A stretch of 64,000 bases of DNA from sequence record NC_047822.1, one strand, 5' to 3'. Every line of letters starts with the position of its first letter. Within the stretch, counting starts at the first letter, position 1. Origin of the DNA: Escherichia phage phiLLS. The position numbers were made by a program, and so were the translations under genes. Shown here piece after piece: positions 54,264 to 64,000 of the stretch. The notes beneath the pieces were generated by a model. That model worked only from the letters and a program-made list of their open reading frames with translations, did no database searches and was not told the origin of the DNA.

Positions 54264-57200
54264 ATGACTGATAAGCTAATACGAGAATTACTAATAGACG
54301 TTAAACAGAAGGGGGCAACTCGTACTGCAAAGTCTATTGAAAACGTATCTGATGCGTTGGAAAATGCTGCTGCTGCTTCCGAACTGACAAATGAGCAGTT
54401 AGGTAAAATGCCCAGAACTCTTTATTCCATTGAGAGGGCAGCAGACAGAGCAGCGAAAAGTCTTACTAAAATGCAAGCTAGTAGGGGTATGGCTAGTATC
54501 ACTAAATCCATTGATGGTATTGGTGATAAGCTAGACTACCTAGCTATCCAGCTTATTGAAGTAACAGATAAACTAGAAATTGGATTCGATGGAGTTTCTA
54601 GATCTGTTAAAACAATGGGTAATGATGTTGCAGCTGCAACAGAAAAAGTCCAGGATAGATTATATGATACTAATAGAGCATTAGGTGGCACAGCTAGGGG
54701 TTTTAATGATACTGCTGGTGCCGCTGGTAGAGCTTCTAGAGCTATTGGTAATACTTCTGGTTCAGCACGTGGTGCAACTCGTGATTTTGCGGCAATGGCT
54801 AAGATCGGTGGTAGTCTACCTATTATGTACGCAGCTCTTGCTTCCAACATCTTCGTTTTGCAATCTGCATTCGAACAACTTAAACTAGGTGACCAGCTAA
54901 ATCGTCTAGAAAAATTTGGTGTTATAGTAGGTACTCAGACAGGTACTCCTGTTCAGACCCTTGCTAGGTCACTACAAGAAGCTGCTGGATATGCTATTTC
55001 TTTTGAGGAAGCAATGAGACAGGCATCTTCAGCATCTGCTTATGGATTTGATGCCGAACAACTTAATAAATTTGGTTTAGTAGCTCGTCGTGCTGCTGCT
55101 GTTCTTGGTGTTGATATGACTGATGCACTTAACCGTGTAATTAAGGGCGTATCTAAACAAGAAATCGAACTTCTGGATGAACTTGGTGTCACCATTCGTC
55201 TTAATGACGCATACGCTGATTATGTTAAACAGTTAAATGCTGCAAACACAGGTATAACATATAATGTTAATAGTCTTACCACTTTCCAGAAACAACAAGC
55301 ATACGCTAACGCGGTAATTGCTGAATCTACTAAGCGGTTTGGCTACCTAGATGAAGTACTACGTGCAACTCCATGGGAGCAATTTGCTGCTAATGCAGAT
55401 GCTGCACTAAGAAAAATACAACAAGCTGCTGCTAAGTATTTAGGGCCAGTAATTGATGCTATCAACACAGTATTTTATACATCTCAGGCTTCTATATCTG
55501 CGGAGGCAGCTAGAGCTCAAGAAAAAACTAATAGACAGATAGACCCTACCAACGTTGGTGCTGTTGCTTTAAGTTTAGCTGCTTCTGAAGAAGGCTATAA
55601 TAAAGCTCTAGATATGTATAAGGAATCTCTTGATAAGCGTAATAAGCTAAAATCTGAGTTTGATAAACGAATGGAACAAGCAGATTTCTATACAAAATTA
55701 GCTATACGTCAAGTTGGTGAAGGTATTCCTATTGGTCTTGCAGCAGCAGGTGCTTCGGAGGCCAATAAGCAATTTGTAGCAGAAACTGCAGCTATGGGTC
55801 TACAAGTAACTAGACTTGGTAAGGAAGTAGAGGATTCTACAGAGAATCTCAATGCTTGGAAATCAGCGTATCAAGCTGCTGGGGCCGCTGCTGCAAAGGC
55901 TAGTCCAGAGTTTCAGAAGCAAATTAATCTACAGAGAGATACTACTGATCCTGATGCTGTATACGATTTTAACTCTACTGTATTAAAAGGACTAACTGAG
56001 CAGCAGAAAGCGTACAATCAGACTAAGAAAACGGCTAGTGACTTAGCTAATGACATACAGAACGTTGCTCAGAATACAGATACTGCTGCTAAAACTAGTG
56101 CTACTTTAGCAGATGCTATAAAAAATATAGAATCTCTATCTCTAGGTACTGGTAAGAGTGCTGATGAATACGTTAAAAATCTTAACCTAGGCTACAATAC
56201 TCTGTCCGAAATGAAAACTGCGTCTCAGGCCTTATCTGAGTACGTTAAACTAACCGGTAATGAGACTAAGAACCAGTTAGCAGTTCAACAGAAGATAGCT
56301 GATGTATATAACCAAACTAAGGATAAAGAAAAAGCACAGGAAGCCGGTAGGCGTTTAGAACTCCAACAGTTAGAAGAGCAAGAAGCTGCTTTACGCCGTG
56401 TTCTTCAAACAAACCAGGGAAATAAAGCTGTTGAGAAAGAAATTGAAAAAATTCAGCTGGAGAAACTTAAACTTACCAATCAGGGTATGGAGGCCCAGAA
56501 GAAGGTTAAGGATTATACAGATAAAATTCTGGGTGTAGATCGTGAGATAGCTCTCTTAAATAACCGTACTATGACAGATACTCAGTATCGTCTAGCACAG
56601 TTAAATCTTGAATTGACCGTTGAAAAAGAGAAGTACGAATGGTATACAAAACAAGCTGATAAACAGAAGGAGGCGGAACAGTCTAGACGTGCTCAAGCCC
56701 AAATTGAACGTGAAATCTGGAAATTCCGCCAAGATCAGATTGCTTCAATGGCTGCTGGTAGAGAGGAAGAACAGCAAAGGCAATTTACTACTAAACCATT
56801 AATGGGAAATGCGGAGCGCTTACAGGAACAGCTAAAATTATATGAAGACTTAAAGCAGAAAACATTAGGTAATGCTGCGGCACAAGCAGAATATAATAAA
56901 AAGATAGCTGAAACTAGGGCACAACTAGCAGGTTTAAGGGCACAGAGAAATGCGGAGATGCAAGCTTCTGTTGGATCTTCTTTAGGTGCTGTGTACACTC
57001 CTACAACTGGACTATCTGGAGAAGATAAAGATTTTGCTGATATGGGAAATAGAATGGCTTCTTATGATCAGGCAATCTCTAAGTTATCTGAGCTAAACTC
57101 CGAAGCAACTGCTGTGGCTCAAAGCATGGGTAATTTAACTAATGCTATGATTCAGTTCTCAATGAAATCACTAGATACTACTTCCACGATCGCAGCAGGT

Positions 57201-57944
57201 ATGCAAGCTGTATCTTCTGTGATTCAGTATAGTGCTAGTCAGCAGGTTAGTGCAATTGATCAGGCTATTGCAGCTGAACAGAAGCGTGATGGTAAATCAG
57301 AAGCATCGAAAGCTAAGTTGAAGAAGTTGGAAGCTGAAAAGCTGAAGATTCAACAAGACGCAGCTAAGAAGCAGATTATCATCCAAACTGCAGTAGCTGT
57401 AATGCAGGCAGCCACCGCTGTTCCATATCCGTTCTCTATTCCACTAATGGTTGCGGCAGGTTTAGCGGGTGCATTGGCATTAGCACAAGCATCTTCTGCA
57501 TCTGGTATGTCAAGTATTGCTGATTCTGGAGCGGATACAACTAGTTACCTAACCTTAGGAGAGCGTCAGAAGAATATAGATGTGTCTATGTCTGCTAATG
57601 CTGGTGAATTATCTTATATCCGTGGTGATAAAGGCATAGGTGGTGCTAACTCTTTCGTTCCTCGTGCTGAGGGTGGTAATATGTACCCTGGAGTTAGCTA
57701 TCAAATGGGTGAGCATGGTACAGAAGTAGTTACCCCTATGGTTCCTATGAAAGCTACGCCTAATGATGAGCTAAAAACCTCATCTAACTCAACTTCAGGA
57801 AGACCTATCATCTTGAATATTAGTGCTATGGATGCTGCAAGTTTTAGAGAGTTTGCTTCTAGTAATAGTGGTGCTCTAAGAGACGCAGTAGAATTAGCTC
57901 TGAATGAGAACGGTGCTAGTCTGAAAACATTAGGAAATTCTTAA
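54264..57944 (+). CDS. tail tape measure protein (pb2-like)
   Basis: 1226 aa, Ala/Gln/Lys-rich helical repeats, hydrophobic segment near C-terminus. Confidence 0.8.
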   Translation: MTDKLIRELLIDVKQKGATRTAKSIENVSDALENAAAASELTNEQLGKMPRTLYSIERAADRAAKSLTKMQASRGMASITKSIDGIGDKLDYLAIQLIEVTDKLEIGFDGVSRSVKTMGNDVAAATEKVQDRLYDTNRALGGTARGFNDTAGAAGRASRAIGNTSGSARGATRDFAAMAKIGGSLPIMYAALASNIFVLQSAFEQLKLGDQLNRLEKFGVIVGTQTGTPVQTLARSLQEAAGYAISFEEAMRQASSASAYGFDAEQLNKFGLVARRAAAVLGVDMTDALNRVIKGVSKQEIELLDELGVTIRLNDAYADYVKQLNAANTGITYNVNSLTTFQKQQAYANAVIAESTKRFGYLDEVLRATPWEQFAANADAALRKIQQAAAKYLGPVIDAINTVFYTSQASISAEAARAQEKTNRQIDPTNVGAVALSLAASEEGYNKALDMYKESLDKRNKLKSEFDKRMEQADFYTKLAIRQVGEGIPIGLAAAGASEANKQFVAETAAMGLQVTRLGKEVEDSTENLNAWKSAYQAAGAAAAKASPEFQKQINLQRDTTDPDAVYDFNSTVLKGLTEQQKAYNQTKKTASDLANDIQNVAQNTDTAAKTSATLADAIKNIESLSLGTGKSADEYVKNLNLGYNTLSEMKTASQALSEYVKLTGNETKNQLAVQQKIADVYNQTKDKEKAQEAGRRLELQQLEEQEAALRRVLQTNQGNKAVEKEIEKIQLEKLKLTNQGMEAQKKVKDYTDKILGVDREIALLNNRTMTDTQYRLAQLNLELTVEKEKYEWYTKQADKQKEAEQSRRAQAQIEREIWKFRQDQIASMAAGREEEQQRQFTTKPLMGNAERLQEQLKLYEDLKQKTLGNAAAQAEYNKKIAETRAQLAGLRAQRNAEMQASVGSSLGAVYTPTTGLSGEDKDFADMGNRMASYDQAISKLSELNSEATAVAQSMGNLTNAMIQFSMKSLDTTSTIAAGMQAVSSVIQYSASQQVSAIDQAIAAEQKRDGKSEASKAKLKKLEAEKLKIQQDAAKKQIIIQTAVAVMQAATAVPYPFSIPLMVAAGLAGALALAQASSASGMSSIADSGADTTSYLTLGERQKNIDVSMSANAGELSYIRGDKGIGGANSFVPRAEGGNMYPGVSYQMGEHGTEVVTPMVPMKATPNDELKTSSNSTSGRPIILNISAMDAASFREFASSNSGALRDAVELALNENGASLKTLGNS

Positions 57945-57946
57945 AA

Positions 57947-57982
57947 CTGGAGGAGGACTTTGAGTCCTCCTTTTCTTTATGG
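57947..57982 (+). terminator. Rho-independent terminator after TMP
   Basis: GGAGGACTTTGAGTCCTCC hairpin followed by TTTTCTTTAT. Confidence 0.7.
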
Positions 57983-57997
57983 AAAAATAAAAATTTC

Positions 57998-58053
57998 TTG
58001 ATAAAATTTTCTAATACTATTATAATAATTGTATCTAAGAGGAGAAATTAACT
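57998..58053 (+). promoter_or_regulatory. sigma70-like promoter and strong RBS before distal tail gene
   Basis: TTGATA 57998-58003, 17-bp spacer, TATAAT 58021-58026; then AAGAGGAGAAATTAACT-ATG, as I recall identical to the RBSII element of T5-promoter expression vectors. Confidence 0.5.
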
Positions 58054-58668
58054 ATGAGATTACCAGACCCATACACGAATCCAGAACTTTCAGGATTAGG
58101 ATTCGAAAGTGTTAACCTGATTGATAATGACCCAGTAATTCGTGATGAGTTACCTAATGGTAAAGTTAACGAAGTTAAGGTATCTGCTCAATACTGGGGT
58201 ATAAATATTTCTTACCCAGAATTGTTTCCTGATGAATATAGTGTTCTAGATTCCTTTATTCTAGAGTATAAGAGGACAGGAGGCTACATTGATGTTATAT
58301 TACCTCAGTATGAGGCTTTTAGGGTTAGGGGTAATACTAACTTAGTAAATATACCTGCTGGACAGAAAGGTTCCAATATTACTATGGATACAAAAGGTGT
58401 TCTTACCGGTATTCCTAAACCAGGTGATTTATTTAAGTTATCCAACCACCCAAAAGTTTATAAAATAACATCATTTAATAGATCTGGTAATTCATGGTCT
58501 ATTAACGTATATCCTGATTTATTTGTAACTACTACTGGAGCGGAGAAGCCAGTATTTAATGGAATACTATTTAGAACAAAACTCATGAATGGTGATGCTT
58601 TTGGATCTACATTAAATAATAACGGAACATATTCCGGCATCTCATTAAATTTACGGGAAAGTTTATGA
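58054..58668 (+). CDS. distal tail protein Dit (pb9-like)
   Basis: 204 aa directly after TMP. Confidence 0.6.
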   Translation: MRLPDPYTNPELSGLGFESVNLIDNDPVIRDELPNGKVNEVKVSAQYWGINISYPELFPDEYSVLDSFILEYKRTGGYIDVILPQYEAFRVRGNTNLVNIPAGQKGSNITMDTKGVLTGIPKPGDLFKLSNHPKVYKITSFNRSGNSWSINVYPDLFVTTTGAEKPVFNGILFRTKLMNGDAFGSTLNNNGTYSGISLNLRESL

Positions 58669-61514
58669 AAAAAATACTAGATAGTGCTAGAAACTACTTA
58701 AAAAATAATAGCAGAATAAAAACTGCTAGTCTAATTTCTCTAGAGTTACCTGGCTCTACTGGTACTAGTACTGCTTTTATTTATTTAACTGATTATTTTA
58801 GGGATATACTATATAATGGCATCCTATACCAGGCGGGTAAAGTTAAGTCTATTAGCACACACAAACAAAATAGAGATTTATCTATTGGTAGTCTATCTTT
58901 TACTATTACTGGTACAGCACAGGATGAAGTACTAAAACTAGTACAAAATGGTGTATCCTTCTTAGATAGAACCGTATCAATTCATCAAGCAATTATTACC
59001 GAAGATGGTTCTATTCTACCAGTAGACCCAGATACAAATGGTCCTTTACTATATTTTAGGGGGAGGATTACTGGAGGTGGCATTAAAGATAACATTAGTA
59101 CCTCTGGAGTAGGGACCTCTACAATTACCTGGAATTGTTCTAACCAATTCTATGACTTTGATAGAGTTAATGGTAGATTTACTGATGATGCTTCTCATAG
59201 AGGACTTGAGGTTGTAGCGGGACAATTAGTTCCATCTAACGGGGCTAAAAGACTTGAGTACCAAGAAGACTATGGGTTCTTCCACTCTAATAAAAGTATC
59301 TCTATCCTAGCAAAGTACCAAGTACAGGAAGAAAGGTATAAGCTAAAATCAAAGAAAAAACTATTTGGCTTATCTAGAAGCTACAGCCTTAAAAAATACT
59401 ATGAAACTGTCACTAAGGAAGTAGATATAGATTTTAACCTTGCTGCTAAATATATCCCAGTAGTTTATGGCGTACAGAAAATACCAGGAATACCAATTTT
59501 TGCTGATACAGAACTGCACAATCCCAACATAGTTTATGTCGTATACGCCTTTGCTGAGGGGGAGATTGATGGTTTTCTTGATTTCTCCTTTGGTGATAAC
59601 CCCATGATTTGTATAGATTCTAATGATAGCTCTGCTAGAACCTGCTTCGGTGTTAAAAAAGTAGCCGGAGACACCATGCAAAGAATAGCATCAGGAATAT
59701 CTTCTAGTAGTCCTTCTGTGCATGGTCAGGAATATAAATATAATGATGGTAATGGTGATATAAGGATTTGGACGTATCACGGAAAATCTGATCAAACGGC
59801 TTCTGAAGTATTAGTAGATATAGCTAAAGAACGTGGGTTCTACCTTCAGAATATGAATGGCAATGGACCTGAGTACTGGGATGCTAGATATAAACTACTA
59901 GATACTGCATACGCAGTGGTGCGCTTCACTATTAATGAAAATAGGACTGAGATTCCTGAAGTTAGTGCTGAAATTCAAGGTAAAAAAGTAAAAGTCTATC
60001 ATTCTGATGGTAGAGTAACTGCTAATAGTACTAGTTTAAATGGTATTTGGCAAACACTTGATTACTTAACCTCTGATAGATATGGCGCTAATATTACCAT
60101 TGATCAGTTCCCCCTTCAGCAACTAATACAGGAAGCAGCTATTTTAGATATTATAGATGAATCCTATCAGGTATCTTGGCAGCCATATTGGAGATACGTT
60201 GGATGGACTGATCCACTAGCAGAAAATAGACAAATAGTACAAATGAATACTATTCTGGATACATCTGAATCAGTATTTAAAAATGTGCAAGGTTTGTTAG
60301 AGTCCTATGGTGGGGCTATTAACAACTTATCTGGCCAGTACAGGGTTACTGTAGAAAAATACTCTAATACTCCATTAGAGATTAATTTTCTAGATACTTA
60401 TGGTGATTTGGAGCTATCAGATACTACTGGTAGAAATAAATTCAACTCAGTTCAAGCATCTATCGTAGACCCAGCCCTTAGCTGGAAAACTAATTCCATT
60501 ACATTCTATAACTCCAAGTATAAGGAACAAGACAAGAACCTGGATAAAAAACTACAACTATCTTTTGCTAATATTACTAATTATTATACTGCAAGAAGTT
60601 TTGCTGATAGGGAACTTAAGAAATCTAGATACTCAAGAACACTTTCTTTCTCATTGCCATATCAATTCATTGGTATTGAGCCTAATGATGCTATTGCATT
60701 CACGTATGATCGTTATGGATGGAACAAAAAGTATTTCCTAGTTGATGAGGTTGAAAATTCTAGAGAAGGAAAGATAAATGTTACTCTACAGGAATACGGG
60801 GAAGATGTATTTATCAACTCTGATCAAGTAGATAATAGTGGTAATGATATACCAGATATTAGTAACAACGTTCTTCCTCCTAGAGATTTTAAGTATACTC
60901 CTACACCCGGTGGCTTAGTTGGTTCTATAGGAAAAAATGGTGAGTTATCTTGGCTCCCAAGCTTAACTAATAACGTAGTTTATTACTCTATCGTGCATTC
61001 CGGTCATGCTGAACCTTACATAGTACAACAGTTAGAGACCAATCCTAACGAACGTATGATCCAAGAAATAATTGGGGAACCAGCAGGCCTGGCTATATTT
61101 GAGATAAGGGCAGTAGATATTAATGGTAGAAGAAGTTCTCCAGTAACATTATCCATAGAACTTAACTCTGCTAAAAACCTAAGCGTAGTATCTAATTTTA
61201 GAGTAACTAATACAGCCTCTGGGGATGTAACTGAGTTTGTAGGCCCAGATGTGAAACTAGCCTGGGATAGAATACCTGAAGAAGATATAATAGAGAGTAT
61301 ATTTTATACCCTTGAAATACACGATTCGCAAAATAGGATGTTAAGAAGTGTACGTATTGAAAATCAGTATACTTATGACTATTTATTAACATATAATAAG
61401 GCAGACTTTGCTCTCCAGAACAGCGGTGCTCTAGGAATCAATAGAAAATTGTATTTTCGTATTAGGGCAGAAGGGGATGATGGAGAACAGTCTGTGGAGT
61501 GGGCATCCATTTAA
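58665..61514 (+). CDS. baseplate hub / tail tip protein (pb3-like)
   Basis: 949 aa after Dit; length equals T5 pb3. Confidence 0.65.
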   Translation: MKKILDSARNYLKNNSRIKTASLISLELPGSTGTSTAFIYLTDYFRDILYNGILYQAGKVKSISTHKQNRDLSIGSLSFTITGTAQDEVLKLVQNGVSFLDRTVSIHQAIITEDGSILPVDPDTNGPLLYFRGRITGGGIKDNISTSGVGTSTITWNCSNQFYDFDRVNGRFTDDASHRGLEVVAGQLVPSNGAKRLEYQEDYGFFHSNKSISILAKYQVQEERYKLKSKKKLFGLSRSYSLKKYYETVTKEVDIDFNLAAKYIPVVYGVQKIPGIPIFADTELHNPNIVYVVYAFAEGEIDGFLDFSFGDNPMICIDSNDSSARTCFGVKKVAGDTMQRIASGISSSSPSVHGQEYKYNDGNGDIRIWTYHGKSDQTASEVLVDIAKERGFYLQNMNGNGPEYWDARYKLLDTAYAVVRFTINENRTEIPEVSAEIQGKKVKVYHSDGRVTANSTSLNGIWQTLDYLTSDRYGANITIDQFPLQQLIQEAAILDIIDESYQVSWQPYWRYVGWTDPLAENRQIVQMNTILDTSESVFKNVQGLLESYGGAINNLSGQYRVTVEKYSNTPLEINFLDTYGDLELSDTTGRNKFNSVQASIVDPALSWKTNSITFYNSKYKEQDKNLDKKLQLSFANITNYYTARSFADRELKKSRYSRTLSFSLPYQFIGIEPNDAIAFTYDRYGWNKKYFLVDEVENSREGKINVTLQEYGEDVFINSDQVDNSGNDIPDISNNVLPPRDFKYTPTPGGLVGSIGKNGELSWLPSLTNNVVYYSIVHSGHAEPYIVQQLETNPNERMIQEIIGEPAGLAIFEIRAVDINGRRSSPVTLSIELNSAKNLSVVSNFRVTNTASGDVTEFVGPDVKLAWDRIPEEDIIESIFYTLEIHDSQNRMLRSVRIENQYTYDYLLTYNKADFALQNSGALGINRKLYFRIRAEGDDGEQSVEWASI

Positions 61515-63571
61515 TGATTTCGAATAATGCACCAGCCAAAATGGTCTTAAATAGTATAATGACTGGATATACAATGGCATATGTCCAGCACTCTATATAT
61601 ACTGACTATGACGTTATTGGTAGATCTTTTTGGTTAAAGACAGAAGAAAGTATAGATAGACGTGATTACACTGGTATAGATACTTTCTTCGTAATGATTA
61701 ATAATCTAATCCCCTCTACCTCCTATGAGATTCAGGGGGCTTTCTATGACTCAATTATTGACTCAGAGTTACTGGAAGCTAAGATTGGTATCAATCTCTC
61801 TAATGAAACTAACTTTAGAACAAAGGAAAAGCCAATAATTACTGCAGCAAGATCTGAATCAGAACCCGTTGACGTTGGTGTTGGTGCTCCAATAGTTGTT
61901 GTAGAGACTACTGGTGAAGCTAGTTACTGCATTATTGAATTAAAAAGTACTGCATCAGAAGATAGTGAATGGGTTAAGTATTATATAGGCGCGTTGGGAC
62001 CTACTATCAAATTTGGTGGTGTTCCGGTTGGCGACTATAAGATCAGAATATCGGGTCAAGTTACGATGCCAGATGGTGTTACAGTTGACTCATCTGGTTA
62101 TTATGAATATCCTAGCATTTTCACTGTAGCCTATAATTTTGTACCACCTACTGCACCTACTAACATTGCCTTTAAAGCTGCACGAATTGCAGATGGTAAG
62201 GAACGATATGATATCAGAATAGAGTGGGACTGGGAACGTGGTGCGGGTGCTAATGTCCGTGAATTTCTGGTTACTTATATAAACTCTGAAGAATACGCTA
62301 AGACTGGCTGGGCTAAAGCTCAAAAGATAAACGTTGGGGCTGCTAGAGCTGCAACGATTATATCATTCCCGTGGAAAGTTGAGCATACTTTTAAGGTATC
62401 ATCAATTGCCTGGGGACCAAATAAGCAAGATATAACAGAGTCAGCTCCTGTAACATTTATATTGAATGAAGATACTCCTCTAGACAACAGCTTTGTCAAT
62501 GAGACGGGTATTGATGTTAATTATGCCTTTATTAAGGGTAGCATGAAAGATGGGGAAATTTGGAGACAGACATTCTTAATCGACGCAGCTACTGGTGCAA
62601 TTAACATTGGTCTACTAGATGAAGAAGGAAAAGCACCTATTTCTTTTGACCCTATAAACCGTGTTGTTAACGTTGATGGTAAAGTAATTACTAGAGATAT
62701 TAATGCTGCGAATTTTATCATGACTAACTTATCTGGTAAGGATAACCCAGCAATTTACACTCAAGGTAAATCTTGGGGGGATAATAACTCTGGTATTTGG
62801 ATGGGCATGGATAATACCTCTGCCAAAGCTAAGTTAGACATTGGTAATGCTACACAGTGGATTCGTTATGATGGTGATGTGCTACGTATTTCTAGTGGAG
62901 TAGTTATTGGAACTCCTAATGGTGATGTAGATCTGGGTACTGGTATGCAAGGTAAGCAAACAGTATTTGTTTATAAGTTAGCAACATCTCTACCTGCTAA
63001 ACCACTAGAACAAGATTATCCGCCTCCTGGTTGGTCAAAAACTCCACCTAACCGTACAGATATGACACAAAATATCTATGCTACTACAGGTACACTTGAT
63101 CCAGTTACTAACAAACTTCTTGAAGGTACTAGCTGGTCTGATGTAGTTCAGTGGAGTGGTACTGAAGGTACTATAGGGCATGACGGACAACGTGGTCCTG
63201 GGATGTACTCCTTAGGTATACCTGGTCTTGGGGGCTGGGATGATGGACAAGCTAATTCCTTCTTCCAGAATAACTTTGGTAGTCCCCCTGTTAAATATGA
63301 TGTATTAACTGAATTTAATAGTAATGCCCCACAATCAGCATTTACACGGCAATGGAATGGTTCTAGTTGGGTTAACCCTGCAATGGTTCTCCACGGAAAC
63401 ATGATTGTTAACGGAACGGTGACGGCAGATAAAATTGTAGCAGGAAATGCTTTCTTATCCCAGATCGGTGTTAACATCATTTATGATAGGAACGCTGCAT
63501 TATCCGGAAACCCTGAGGCGTACTACAAGATGAAGATAGACCTAAATAGTGGGTATATCCATATAAGGTAA
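61499..63571 (+). CDS. central straight fiber / tail tip protein (pb4-like)
   Basis: 690 aa following hub gene; Gly/Thr/Asn-rich. Confidence 0.6.
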   Translation: MGIHLMISNNAPAKMVLNSIMTGYTMAYVQHSIYTDYDVIGRSFWLKTEESIDRRDYTGIDTFFVMINNLIPSTSYEIQGAFYDSIIDSELLEAKIGINLSNETNFRTKEKPIITAARSESEPVDVGVGAPIVVVETTGEASYCIIELKSTASEDSEWVKYYIGALGPTIKFGGVPVGDYKIRISGQVTMPDGVTVDSSGYYEYPSIFTVAYNFVPPTAPTNIAFKAARIADGKERYDIRIEWDWERGAGANVREFLVTYINSEEYAKTGWAKAQKINVGAARAATIISFPWKVEHTFKVSSIAWGPNKQDITESAPVTFILNEDTPLDNSFVNETGIDVNYAFIKGSMKDGEIWRQTFLIDAATGAINIGLLDEEGKAPISFDPINRVVNVDGKVITRDINAANFIMTNLSGKDNPAIYTQGKSWGDNNSGIWMGMDNTSAKAKLDIGNATQWIRYDGDVLRISSGVVIGTPNGDVDLGTGMQGKQTVFVYKLATSLPAKPLEQDYPPPGWSKTPPNRTDMTQNIYATTGTLDPVTNKLLEGTSWSDVVQWSGTEGTIGHDGQRGPGMYSLGIPGLGGWDDGQANSFFQNNFGSPPVKYDVLTEFNSNAPQSAFTRQWNGSSWVNPAMVLHGNMIVNGTVTADKIVAGNAFLSQIGVNIIYDRNAALSGNPEAYYKMKIDLNSGYIHIR

Positions 63572-63576
63572 TAAAT

Positions 63577-63999
63577 ATGAGTACTGAAAATAGAGTTATA
63601 GACTTAGTGATAGATGAGAAAGTACCTTATGGTCTAATGATGCAATTCTTAGATGTTGATGATAGTACTTATCCACCTACAAATACCCCTGTTAACTTAA
63701 CAGGGTATTCCCTAAGGGGTACTATAAAGACCGGGCTTGATGAGAACGCGGAAACTTTGGCGTCTTTTACTACTAAAATTATTGATGCTGCTCAAGGTGC
63801 TATAGCTATAAGTTTACCTGTAGAGGCTGTAGAGAATATTGGCGAAAAAGCCACCAAAGAAAGAGACAGATATAACCCTCGTCAGCGATTCGCAGGATAC
63901 TATGATATAATTATGACTAGAGATGTTATAGGATCTGCAATTAGCTCCTTTCGTATAATGGAGGGTAAAGTATTTATCAGTGATGGGGTAACTAGATAA
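63577..63999 (+). CDS. tail collar protein (p132-like, putative)
   Basis: 140 aa, ends 1 nt before window end; synteny after pb4-like gene. Confidence 0.4.
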   Translation: MSTENRVIDLVIDEKVPYGLMMQFLDVDDSTYPPTNTPVNLTGYSLRGTIKTGLDENAETLASFTTKIIDAAQGAIAISLPVEAVENIGEKATKERDRYNPRQRFAGYYDIIMTRDVIGSAISSFRIMEGKVFISDGVTR

Positions 64000-64000
64000 T

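Overview
This window reads as a T5-like virulent siphophage (Demerecviridae/Tequintavirus-type), about 39-40% GC, with almost all genes on the + strand. The identification rests on protein lengths and motifs and on promoter sequences that match the well-known T5 early promoter (PN25 type); nothing was run against a database. Layout: (1) 1-12.7 kb, a dense tRNA cluster (about 25 tRNAs folded by hand, plus several tRNA-like or structured RNA stretches) mixed with small ORFs, an HNH and a GIY-YIG-like endonuclease gene, and repeated strong early promoters. (2) 12.7-30.1 kb, early genes: dNMP kinase, ClpP-like protease, holin-like protein, M15 L-Ala-D-Glu endolysin, thioredoxin-like protein, Ser/Thr phosphatase, a second metallophosphoesterase, and many small membrane proteins. 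(3) 30.1-35.9 kb, a repeat-rich, largely non-coding region with iterons, palindromes and DnaA-box-like motifs, enclosing a 3-kb operon of seven minus-strand genes flanked by 41-bp inverted repeats. (4) 35.9-40 kb, pre-early-type genes (A1-like metallophosphoesterase of 556 aa, HAD 5'-nucleotidase). (5) 40.1-41.3 kb, a minus-strand chain of tiny membrane proteins and a lipoprotein driven by a PN25-like promoter. (6) 41.3-64 kb, the late structural module: fiber, TerS, TerL, HNH, portal, Ig-like decoration protein, prohead protease, major capsid protein, tail tube protein, tape measure, Dit, baseplate hub, pb4-like and a collar protein. The most interesting candidates are the inverted-repeat-flanked operon inside the repeat region, a divergent minus-strand module at 2.0-3.7 kb encoding Gly-rich, Gln-rich and Cys-rich proteins, and the promoter-driven lipoprotein cluster at the presumed genome terminus. 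All coordinates and tRNA identities come from reading and hand-folding; exact ends and isotypes need tRNAscan-SE or ARAGORN and homology searches.
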